Under the pieces are notes generated by a model. That model was not told where the DNA came from. It did not search any database and saw only the letters and a list, made by a program, of their open reading frames with translations. Positions 12,801 through 21,130 of a DNA stretch of 64,000 nucleotides are shown piece by piece. The translations under genes and the position numbers were made by a program. Location: positions 2,579,004-2,643,003 of the forward strand of contig JBNZDD010013651.1 in assembly GCA_050575255.1 (NCBI GenBank). Direction: 5' to 3'. The DNA is from Harriotta raleighana. Its lineage: Eukaryota. Numbering within the stretch: the stretch's first letter is position 1; every line of letters starts with the position of its first letter.

Positions 12801-13872
12801 AAAAGTAAAGTAAGCATTTAATATTCTGTGTGCTTGCGAGCGTGCAATACATCCTTTGCTGTTAATTTATCTTAAGAGCACTCAACTTAAAGCAAGAAAT
12901 CTGGGTTTGATTCCCAGCAGGGCGATACCTTAGGCAATTTTCCTGGTAATAATCCCTCAAGAAAAAAACACACAATAATAATTTGTGTATAATAACAAAT
13001 AATAATAATTCACTGTTGCCTGCTGTGTTACTGCAACTATACAGTCAATTCACTTTCCAATATATTCTATGAAGCACTTTCAGACGTCTAGAAGACGTGA
13101 AAAGCACTACTGTATAGCAAATGCAAGCAATATTATTATTAAGAGCTAGTCTACTGACATTTTAAGTCATTTTACAGAATATATTGTAAAGTAAATTGAC
13201 TGTACATTTGTGGGCAACAAGCGACAGCCAATTGCGTGCAGCTGTGTCCCATCAACAGTCATGGATTGAAATGACCAATTTTATTATTGTGTTTATTTCT
13301 GAATGGATTATTATTAGGCATGTGGACTAAGGAAATTTGCCCAAGGTTTCGCCCTGACCTACTGTATTCGAACACAGGTCTCACGCCTGTAAGGCGATGT
13401 ACAAACATGTCAGGATGTACAAACAACAACAAATTTGTGTTATGCTTTTCATGTTGGGAGGATATCCCAAGGCATTGAAAGATCACACTATGTTAGAGTA
13501 TAATTAGTATTTCACAAATGTAAAAATGCACTATTTTGAAGCATATATTGAATAGTACAGAATTTTTATCTTAATGGCACTGATATTGTTTTCTTAATTT
13601 ATTGAGAATTGGCTGAACATTCAAACTGGCAGGTTTCCATCACCATTTCCTGAAAAGTTTAACCTCAAGGTGAGGCACAACATTTGCAAAATTGCTAATT
13701 TTATAAAGTTACTTCATTCACCTCCTCAAAATGAGCTTTTAAGCAAATTCTCTTTCTCCCGTCCGCCTCACAGACTGAGTTAATCAGATCAATGCTCAAA
13801 GATGCGGAGAAGAGACCAACAGCTGCCGAAATAGAGACAAAACTGAAAACTGAAGATCCGAAGAGCATTTAA
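742..13872 (+). CDS. EIF2AK2: PKR-type eIF2-alpha kinase (dsRNA-activated protein kinase), 5'-partial multi-exon gene, ~363 aa encoded within the window
   Basis: Manually spliced exons: 742-850, 2487-2557, 5474-5496, 6277(or 6282)-6325, 7032-7078, 7957-8082, 8605-8691, 9438-9627, 10462-10590, 12705-12809, 13607-13669, 13774-13872. They give a dsRBM half (GKNKQEAKRKAAKLAL) and eIF2aK kinase motifs GHGGFG, YAVK, REVE, HENIVRYY, LYIQMELC, HRDLKPEN, DFG, GTNRYMSPEQ, DIFSLGL, KRP. Phases are consistent across all kinase exons. Confidence 0.93.
1422..1620 (-). mobile_element. SINE 3' half (young tRNA/Deu-core family)
   Basis: (aat)n tail plus cttctagacgtc..aaagcgcttcacagaatatactgtaaagtgaattgactgtatatttgtggg, shared with many copies in the window. 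Confidence 0.8.
1792..2087. mobile_element. TcMar/Tigger-like MITE, degenerate
   Basis: Imperfect TIRs gaacgtcgataatctggca ... tgccggattatcgaagttccacctg around an AT-rich interior. Confidence 0.55.
2487..2557 (+). CDS. EIF2AK2: PKR linker exon (QMSVSTSSTPGQYSTSSNQTCSN-R), Ser/Thr-rich
   Basis: CAG acceptor 2484-2486 (GAGCAG tandem), strong donor CG|GTAAGT at 2558. Phase 0 start matches the previous exon. Composition fits a PKR linker. Confidence 0.7.
2668..3175 (+). mobile_element. Two tandem tRNA-headed SINE copies (first one interrupted by N at 2809)
   Basis: A box tggctcagtggttagagc, B box gttcgaatcc, body gggcgaaaccttgggcaagtttccttactccaca, tail gcgctatatcaaatgcaaggattattatt. Confidence 0.85.
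3519..4311. mobile_element. Non-autonomous TcMar (Tigger/pogo-like) DNA transposon
   Basis: Perfect 20-bp TIRs CAGTAAAACCTTGTTTATCC / GGATAAACAAGGTTTTACTG with TA on both sides. No transposase ORF. Confidence 0.9.
4668..4810 (-). mobile_element. SINE fragment with L2-like tail and (attg)n end
   Basis: atttatatagcgcctttcacgtcgggaggacgtcccaaagcgctg followed by a purine tract and tgactgtatatttgtgggcgaa. Confidence 0.65.
5474..5496 (+). CDS. EIF2AK2: PKR 23-nt linker micro-exon (KPKVKAR-G or R-NLKSKQE depending on phase)
   Basis: Strong pyrimidine tract ttttttttctctcTAG, donor G|GTAACT at 5497. The KPKVKARG+LAPKF reading resembles the basic region of human PKR (KAKRSLAPRF). Confidence 0.65.
5615..5987. 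mobile_element. TcMar-type MITE
   Basis: TA-caggtagcttaatgttg ... caacattaagccaggtctacctg-TA. The left end is locally duplicated (ttgtacaggtagc twice). Confidence 0.65.
6277..6325 (+). CDS. EIF2AK2: PKR linker exon (LAPKFSLLNIDSSTSQ)
   Basis: Acceptor tttctttctctctCAG, donor CAG|GTATGG at 6326. LAPKF matches the LAPRF motif of mammalian PKR. An alternative acceptor would start the exon at 6282. Confidence 0.8.
6380..6560 (+). repeat. Unclassified interspersed repeat, second copy at ~10970-11120
   Basis: Both loci share collinear blocks caccatgctta, gtccaa, tacacatggaaatt and ctctccctgga. Confidence 0.5.
7032..7078 (+). CDS. EIF2AK2: PKR exon preceding the kinase domain (ADSEDSWNAFENPQE-R)
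   Basis: Acceptor tttgCAG, donor CG|GTAAGA at 7079. Phase 0 to 2 fits both neighbours. Confidence 0.8.
7957..8082 (+). CDS. EIF2AK2: PKR kinase subdomains I-II (LNELFSDITYGLGHGGFGTVFKAKKKLDNRYYAVKEIFLKN)
   Basis: Acceptor tttcCAG, donor AG|GTGAGT at 8083. Gly-rich loop and catalytic Lys present. Confidence 0.95.
8162..8308. mobile_element. Internally deleted copy of the 3519-4311 TcMar MITE, opposite orientation
   Basis: TA-CAGTAAAACCTTGTTTATCC ... GGATAAACGAGGTTTTACTG-TA. The right half is the reverse complement of ~3519-3600. Confidence 0.88.
8605..8691 (+). CDS. EIF2AK2: PKR kinase subdomains III-IV (GKEIREVESLARMSHENIVRYYHSWIEY)
   Basis: Acceptor aattTAG, donor AG|GTAAAA at 8692. REV..LA...H.NIV.Y...W eIF2aK signature. 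Confidence 0.95.
9438..9627 (+). CDS. EIF2AK2: PKR kinase subdomains V-VIb (CKYKGDVLYIQMELC...GVKYIHNQNMIHRDLK)
   Basis: Within ORF 9421..9639. Acceptor aattTAG, donor AAG|GTAAGA at 9628. LYIQMELC and HRDLK motifs. Confidence 0.96.
9927..10262 (+). mobile_element. tRNA-headed SINE
   Basis: gtagctcaatggttagtgc..gggtttgattcccagg head and aggcgcgatatcaaatgcaagg tail. Confidence 0.8.
10462..10590 (+). CDS. EIF2AK2: PKR kinase subdomains VIb-VIII (PENIFFSEGTKVKIGDFGLVAIMNNTNDHTADVGTNRYMSPEQ)
   Basis: AAG acceptor ending 10461, non-canonical donor CAG|GCAAGT at 10591. DFG and YMSPEQ motifs. Confidence 0.95.
11125..12355 (+). mobile_element. L2-clade LINE 3' fragment (decayed RT), sense orientation inside a PKR intron
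   Basis: ORF 11029..11547 contains CGVPQ...LYMLSLGDIILKHGVNFYMYMDETQL...DIKSWMRANFLQLNISKT. A downstream frame gives HIVPTLVRLHWLPFLQRIEFKI. L2-like tail. Confidence 0.9.
12705..12809 (+). CDS. EIF2AK2: PKR kinase subdomain IX and helix alphaG start (KQTSSYDNKTDIFSLGLIYFELFWIYCGTAQEKSK)
   Basis: Acceptor ttgttattCAG, donor AAA|GTAAGC at 12810. DIFSLGL and T..E motifs. Confidence 0.94.
12875..13141 (+). mobile_element. SINE copy
   Basis: Family head (gggtttgattcccag..gggcga) and tail (gacgtctagaagacgtgaaaagcact..aaatgcaag..tattattatt). Confidence 0.8.
13155..13397 (-). mobile_element. SINE copy, inverted relative to 12875-13141
   Basis: Reverse complement of the family body: cagaatatattgtaaagtaaattgactgta ... 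ggaaatttgcccaaggtttcgccctg ... attcgaacacaggtctc. Confidence 0.82.
13607..13669 (+). CDS. EIF2AK2: PKR kinase subdomain X (NWLNIQTGRFPSPFPEKFNLK)
   Basis: GAG acceptor after an AT/pyrimidine tract, donor AAG|GTGAGG at 13670. W..I..G.FP..F pattern typical of eIF2aKs. Confidence 0.88.
13774..13872 (+). CDS. EIF2AK2: PKR last coding exon, subdomain XI (TELIRSMLKDAEKRPTAAEIETKLKTEDPKSI*)
   Basis: Acceptor ctctttctcccgtccgcctcaCAG. LI..ML....RP.A.EI motif. TAA at 13870-13872. Confidence 0.9.
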   Translation, partial: TELIRSMLKDAEKRPTAAEIETKLKTEDPKSI

Positions 13873-14171
13873 ACAGATCATTCTGAGGAAAGCCGTGGTT
13901 CGGAATAACAGTCAGGAAGTGTTGGTTCAGTCCGCCAGTGATCATCTCTAGTTTAATTATTTCTAAACAATCAAATCGTGACATTATCATGGCAGAGATT
14001 CTACTTAATATGTTGTAAAAGAAGGGAAAGAGCAGTAATAAGGGTCCTATATTTAACCAATGTACAAGCAGGACATGAGTTTTAATTTTATCGGTGTGCG
14101 GTACTGCAGATTATTATTTTAATGGCGTACATTATTTTAATGGTGCACAACTTTTACTTATCAATCATTAA

Positions 14172-14194
14172 TGTGTGTGTGTGTGTGTGTGTGT
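14172..14194. repeat. (TG)n microsatellite in the presumed PKR 3' UTR
   Basis: Direct reading of a tg run of about 11 units. Confidence 0.9.
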
Positions 14195-15754
14195 ATTGGG
14201 GACAGGGGGATCTTCAAGATGAAGCATTAACTAGTGCAGAATTTTTTTATTTAAGTAGTTTTTATTCATTATTCACTGTTTGATGGACAGCTAATTCATT
14301 GATTCCAATTCCATTGCTGTAATTGTTTGAATGGGGCAGAATCACTGCCCCTTAACCAAATCTAAGTAGACTTTCCATGGTAGTGAGTAAAGATACTATG
14401 GCCCTAAACTCTGGAACTCTCGCTTTAACCCTTTATCTCGCTTGTGGAGGAAAAAGCCATTGAACCCTCCAAAAAATTCTGTGCATTTATGGGCACCAGA
14501 TATCTTTCTTCCAACAATCGTTCGTTTAAAAGGTAAATTTACTTGACTCCACAATAAGTCCCCTGTTAGCTGCTCTGTGTGCTGTGGCTGTGAGAGAACT
14601 CTTTAGCTTTTTAACAAAGCAAAGAGTGGAGTTCAAGACTGGTAGCTGAATTATCTCCTCTTCCTACTATGCCGGAGACAAAGTTCAAAGTGGAATTGTT
14701 GTTTTTGGTAAAGAAGCACAAAGCTTGGCAACAACAAAACTTGCATTTATAAAGAGCTCTTCAGGAGTGTCTTGGGGAGCTTTACAGTGATGGCACTCTA
14801 CATCGAGCTGCGGAGAGAGGTTGGGTGACTATAGGCATGATCAAGGAGGATGGTCAAAGATGTAATCTGAAGAAAGGCAAGGAGGGGATTGAGGCAGCGA
14901 GTTCCAATGTTTTGGGGTGCAGTGGCTGAAAGCAGTCTGTCATTTTGTTGTTGTTGTATTTGTGAACAAACTTTTATGACGGAATGAAATCCTTTATCAA
15001 ACCAGAGTAAGTGCTGCAAGAAAGGTCTGGTCAGTGATCGTGTGACTTGAGAGTTCCTGAAGGTTTTGAGGCTGGTATGACGCTCGGTAATAATAGTGGT
15101 CTTTCAGACGTGTGCTTTATAAAGAACTGGTAGATTTAAGAGCCTGGGGTAATCTTTTACATTAATTTGTGCCGAAGGCTGAACAATTTTTAGTGCATGA
15201 TGATTATTGATCTGCTCAAGTAAGAAGAAATTTCTGAGCCTGGCGTGCTGTTTAAAGTTGGTGCCTTTATCAGATGCACACATTGACGTGATATTTTACA
15301 TTCAGTCTGGTTCATCACTGCTCCATTTGCACTCATGTTCATTCTGTACTTTAAAATAGGTGAATTCTCTTGAAACCTGCCCTTTCAAAAAGGTATCACA
15401 AAGTACCAACAAAATGTGAACTGTGGATAGTTCAGTTTGTCAGACTTCTAGCTTCATGTAGTTGCAATGTTAAAGTTGCTGGAAGTCAAGGCTGCATAAT
15501 GTACTTCTGAACTATTAAGGGCTTCTGGGACCAGTCTGCCAATTTGTGGTTGGTCATGTGCCATCGAAATGGCAGTCAATATCCACAGAAAAAACGTAAG
15601 ATTTCCAAGCAAAATATGTAATGTGGATCAAGTAATTACATGAACCTGAAATGCACAGGTAACCAGGAATAGTGAGGTGTTGCCCATGACCTGGAGACAG
15701 TGGAGAGGAGAGCAACAAAGATGAACAGAGGAATGAGCTATTGTGAGTAACGAT

Positions 15755-16030
15755 TAGACACTCTTGGGTTCGCTCTTCAGTCTTCAAAGGAGGTGTCTCA
15801 GGAGGGACTTTAAAGAGGTGCACAAAATTTTAAACGGTATTGAAAAAATAAACTCAGGACAATATTCTCAGATGCACCAGACAGCAGAACAAGAGGCCAT
15901 GAGTTTGGTGTTTGAAAGAGAAATTTCAGGACAGATGCCTGGAAGTATTGTTCACATAGAGTGTGATTAATGACTGGCGTGGGTTACTAGGAAGGGTAAT
16001 TAAGGCAGAAAGTGGATTTAAATTGAGCCA
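15755..16030 (+). mobile_element. Decayed CR1 3' fragment
   Basis: ORF 15764..15970 LFSLQRRCLRRDFKEVHKILNG matches the CR1 C-terminal LFSLExRRLRGDLIEVYKIMxG motif. Confidence 0.75.
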
Positions 16031-16099
16031 ATGCTTATTGAGGAGAGTTTTTAACCAAAGTTAAAACAAGGTTTTGATAAAGAAGACCCATCAATTGAG

Positions 16100-16325
16100 T
16101 TGATCTCTTCCTTCCAGAATATCTTCCCTGAGCATATGAGTTCAGTGTTCTGGTCTCAGATCCCCTTGCTGGTAACCCATTCCAGTTGTTTACCCTCTGG
16201 CTAAAGAAATATTTCCTGGTGTCTCTCCTGAAATTTGCCCTTTCATATCCCAAATTTGAACGTCCTCTTGTTTTGTTGTTTGGTACATCCAAAAATATTG
16301 TTCTGAGTTTACTTTCTCATCCTAT
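16100..16325 (-). mobile_element. Decayed CR1 3' fragment, inverted relative to 15755-16030
   Basis: ORF 16035..16292 KTRG...FRRDTRKYFFSQRVNNWNGLP, the CR1 C-terminal motif. Confidence 0.75.
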
Positions 16326-16694
16326 TTCCATTTTTTTCACTGGTGTTTAATACATATAATGGGTACTAGAGACTAACAAAATGGTACAAGCTTCATATCG
16401 GTATGAAATCTTGAGTGCACAGTTAGGTTCTAAAGAGTATTAATACTCTTTACAAAATTAATCTTGATCAAGACATAAAAGTAATTTACAAACAAAGACA
16501 GTGGGGTCCAATCTTCTTATTGGGTTAATATGTACTAAAATTGAAGGTTGAGTTAACCGTATGCATATGGTCAAAAGGAAATACAAGAGCCTTTAATTAT
16601 GAAAATACAATAATCTTGCATTTAATNAATCCTTGCATTTAATATAATGCCTTGTCACGTCGTTGACATTTCACAACCAATGAATTCAAGATGG

Positions 16695-16900
16695 CCAAAA
16701 TGCAATATATGGCAGATGCTGGAAATCTGAAAGTAAAACAGAAATCGCTGGGAACTCAGCAGGTCAGGCAGCATCTATTGGAGAAAGGGAAAGTGAGTCA
16801 ACGTTTCAGGTTGATAACCCTTCGGCAGAACTGACGAGTTCTGACGAAGGGTCGTGGACTCGAAACATTGACTCACTTTTCCTTTCTCCAATTAAAGATG
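16695..16900. mobile_element. Penelope-like element terminal repeats, head-to-head inverted pair with hammerhead-like motifs
   Basis: Minus copy ~16695-16832 and plus copy 16837-16892 of the unit also found at 47571-47710 downstream of a GIY-YIG C-terminal relic. Confidence 0.75.
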
Positions 16901-17914
16901 GCCTTTTTGTTGGTTGGTCAATTGAGTTAGCCTACAAAATAGTTACTACACTTTATAGTACACAGTATTCTATGAAGCATTTTGAAATGTGTTCCTGACA
17001 TGAAAGGAGCTATATTAAATGTAAGGATTATTACAAAATGAAGAGCCCGTGTAATTCACACTGTACCCATGCATTTGCACGTGATAAACACAACTATCAA
17101 TTTTTACACACAAATTGATGAACCCAACTCACAAGATTACTTCTACCTTGCTCCTTCCCTCACATTTATTAACATCTAAGTAAATACTTTGAGCCAAATA
17201 GTGAAAGAATTTATCAGGTTATTTTCCATTTGTTGGGACATTTGACTTCAGTTCAGCTACTTCTTATTGTAGCAAATCTTGCTAAATTGAATAAATCTAA
17301 GGATCCAATTTGGGTCTGCGTCTGTGTAGAACATTCATGCCAGCGAATCTCTAATCATGTGAATAATGGTAAAACGAAACGAGCAGTGAAATTCCAGTGC
17401 ATCCAGTTTTAAAATAGAAACATTTTTCCCTTTTTTTTCTTCAAGCATCAAAATTGTGTTCTGTTCTCAAGCCACTATTCAGTCTTAAATCGAACAATGG
17501 CATATTCTGAGATGGAATCATTAACTGGTTGTTAATTATCATGTTTTTTGGGAATTCCCTCAAAGCCACACGATGCAGATGAAAAATCATGTCTTTAGAA
17601 CATTTGCAAGCTACAAAGGGGTACTTTGGGGTTACCACTCATGAGATTTGCTCTAAAATGTAGTTGAAAAAAAAATGGAGGAAAAATTTCTGTTTGGGTA
17701 GCCCTTTTGGTGGATCTGTTTATAGCCTGCACATCAAAACGCAGGTTGACATGGCATGTTAGCAATTAGTAATAGTGATATACAAATCACTATTTGAACT
17801 TCCTCCAATGGTGACAGTGATCTAAAATGAAGTTTTTTTTTAATGTCTCTGATTTAAATGTTGCTTAATGAACATGGTTGAACCTGCAAGTAGATCAACA
17901 CGTATCCTATTAAG

Positions 17915-18237
17915 TATGGTAAAATTCCTAGCAGTCTTACCTTTATAAATCGTATAATCACTTAAATCGTATATTCTGAGTCCCATTCAGTTTCCTATTG
18001 AAAAAACACTTAGAATATCTTTATTGTATTAATCACTTCCTATCTCGTAATGTTGCTTCCTTCTCTACCCCATAAATACCACATGCTTACTTACCACCTG
18101 CATGGCGTTATACTGTATCAAATGCAAGGATTAATATTATCGGTTAATGCATGCACAGTGTAAATTACTAACCTTATTGATTAAATCGGATTTTATACGA
18201 CTTGCGCAAAGTCTGAGTTGCATACTGTTTACTGTAT
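17915..18237. mobile_element. Old TcMar-like MITE
   Basis: Degenerate inverted ends ta-tggtaaaa...aatcgtataatc versus gattttatacgac...tttactg-ta. Confidence 0.4.
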
Positions 18238-19112
18238 AGTCATATTAAAAATTATGCTCCTAACTGATATGACTTATGTGAGTTTCACTGTAATGCTACT
18301 GGTTATAACCTGCAAGAATATAAACTTATGTTTTTAAAATATATATATGTTTCGTAAATATCTAGCTTGTGCATCCTAATGGGATGATGTTACAGGGGTT
18401 GGTGACAGGATGATGGGGGTTTGTGTGTGTTTCACTTGCAAAGATTGGCACTTTAACTTTATCACAAAATAAAGCAATTCCTTTCTGTGTATTCTGTTTT
18501 AGCAGGTGCTTTGTGGGGCATTGGGAACCTGCAGATGTGGGTTGTCAAAGCCATGGGAAATGGAACTAAAATACATTCAGCTCGTGGGAAGAGCAAAATC
18601 AGTCATTAGTGTGATCTATAGGTCACCCTAACATTGACGGTAAGCGACAAATTCTAAGCCTGGAGAAGTCTGCTATGTTACAGTTGCATTTGAGCTGGGT
18701 AACTCAGTAATGCACAAACACGGTGACTTACTTGGATTCTCCACAAATAAGCAGAGCGCTAAAATGTATCGTTCATTATTAGTCCATTTGCCTTTCTCAT
18801 TGGGTAAAATTATTATTCTACAAAGTAGTGGAGCATGTATAGGGTGGATGTCAGCTCCACACACTGTCCCTGCCATCACTGGGTCTCTACACACTGTCCC
18901 TGTTGTGAGAATCTACACTTGTACCATTTCCACAAAGGCTTATGGATTGCACACTGAACAGTGAATTGTGTTGGGTAATAATGATGATTTGTGTCAATGG
19001 GACTAAAAGGGTTGCTCTTTTAGTGGTCTGAATGGTCGTCTTCAGTGCTGAAAATTTTCTATGATTCTAGCTTTCAGAGAAAATTATTGCATTTGGAAAA
19101 CATAGTGCTCAT

Positions 19113-19132
19113 TGCCGCCAGCAGATGGCAGT
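19113..19132 (+). promoter_or_regulatory. CTCF-binding motif
   Basis: TGCCGCCAGCAGATGGCAGT matches the CTCF core CCASYAGRKGGCRS with no mismatch. Confidence 0.6.
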
Positions 19133-19180
19133 TGAGCTGTACTGAACTGTAGTGCTGTCATTGAAATACTTCACTTAGTA

Positions 19181-19359
19181 TAGTGGCTTCCAAACTTTAA
19201 ATAGCGGCGCCCCCCCCTTCCCCCCCCCCTCACACTCAGGTCCACACACTCGGGTCCTCGGCTCCACTCACACTCGGGAGCTCGAGACTCCGCGCCCCCC
19301 CCCAGCCAAAGGTACGCACACCCCCAAGGGAGGTGCGCCCCACAGTTTGGAAACCACTC
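19181..19359. mobile_element. hAT (Charlie-like) MITE
   Basis: TIRs tagtggcttccaaact / agtttggaaaccactc with a perfect 8-bp TSD ACTTAGTA (19173-19180 and 19360-19367). Confidence 0.88.
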
Positions 19360-19761
19360 ACTTAGTATCATACAGAACTACATTTTCCCTTAATTTTATA
19401 CTAAACTTGCCTCGTTTCCAGTGTGAATAAAGCTCACCAATGTAATGATTGCCCAGTAGGAGACTTTTGCGAGTGAAAACTATCCATGCATTTTGGTGGG
19501 TGGAATATTGGCTTCAATTTGGTGATACTCTGCATAAACGACCCCTCAGTTATTATGATCCCTCGGCTATAGTAAACTCTATATTGACATCCGTTTCCTC
19601 CAATTGATTATTACCTCGGTATACGGCAATCAGTGAAGCAGTGAAACACACAGGCAGGACACTCACATAGCTCGCCCACCTCACCCTACACCCTCTCCTC
19701 TTACCCTTCAGTAGATGACGGCTCACAATGTGTAACATTCGACCATTTCAGTAGTTCGTAA

Positions 19762-20110
19762 CATAATAATCTTTGTATTTCATATAGCCCCATATCACGT
19801 CTTCAAGAAGTCTCAAAAGTGCTTCACGGGATTTATTGTAAAATGAAGCGACTAAATTTTGTGGGCAAAACTCGGCAATCCATTACACACAGCAGGATCC
19901 CACAAACACGTCAGAATATGTGACCAAATTATTATTATTTTTGAAGGGAAAAGCAATTGCCAATCAACTGACAACTAGGTTCATCCTTACAGCTGGGTGA
20001 ATAGAGAGTGTGTGAAGTAAGGAAATTTGGGTAACACTTCACCCTGCCCGGAAATCAATCCTTGTGCTTGCGAGGCGAGGCGAGCTCTCTAACCACTAAA
20101 CTGCAGGATT
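19762..20110 (-). mobile_element. SINE copy
   Basis: Reverse-complement family tail, body and head (ctaaccactaaactgcaggatt). Confidence 0.75.
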
Positions 20111-20824
20111 GTTAAATGTTTATAGTGAACACCTGGATATAACATTCTTCTTCCCTAGGTCCCCAGGGCGTTATACCAAGTATCAAGGTCAAGCTTTACG
20201 TTCAATATTTACCACATCAAACATACTTGGGAGTATCTGGAGACAGAGCTCCTAGAATTGTTCTCAAGAGCAATGACTGTGAAGCCAGCTCTTCTGAGTT
20301 CATGGCTGAGACTGCTGGCTGTCAGGATGCTGGCTTGTTACTAAATCAAACCAAAACCTCAGTAGAGCCAGCACCTAAGGCTGTGAGTGAGACTACAGGT
20401 CACCATTGAGAATGGCCATATTATGCCTCTAATGAGTTTTTTTGTTTGTTTAATCTCCTCTGATTACAATGACTGAGACACATGGATTCTGCGTTATTAT
20501 ATATAGAGGAACTGTTAGTCCATGGGGGTTTATGCTATTCTGTAAGAGCAGATGACAATGATCTGGCAGAAAATAAAAGACGTTGAGAGTCAGTAGTCAA
20601 AAATGAATCATCTTGGCTCTAGAAGCCAGGATGAATAATGTCAAGAGCTTGGCTGATATCAGCTCTTCGACCACAGAAAGAAAAGGACCACTCCCCAGTT
20701 TTACAATCAGAATAAAGTGCAAGCTTGTGATCCAATGGAGCATTACCACCAAGTGCCACCAATTCACTTATTTAGAAGTACATTAGGTGCCCCTTGTGGC
20801 AGTGTTGTGTTACTTCTCTGAATA

Positions 20825-21130
20825 GTGGTTAAATAGTGGTTAATATTCGCCTTACAAGCAAAACACCTGGGTTCAATTCCAGGCATAGCAAAACCTTGGG
20901 CAAGTTACCATACTCCACATGCCTAATAATAATCCCTCCAAAAAACCCAATATTAAATTGGTCATTTCAATCCGCCACTGTTTGTGGGACACTAATGTGC
21001 GCAATTGGCTGCCGTGTTTTGCTCACATATGTACAGTCAGTTCACTTTACAGTATATCCTGTGAAGTGCTTCGAGATGCCTAGAAGATGTGAAAAGCACT
21101 AAATCAAATGCAAGGATTATTATTATTATA
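20825..21130 (+). mobile_element. SINE copy
   Basis: cgccttacaagc..gggttcaattccagg..aaccttgggcaagtt..aaatgcaaggattattattatt. Confidence 0.85.
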
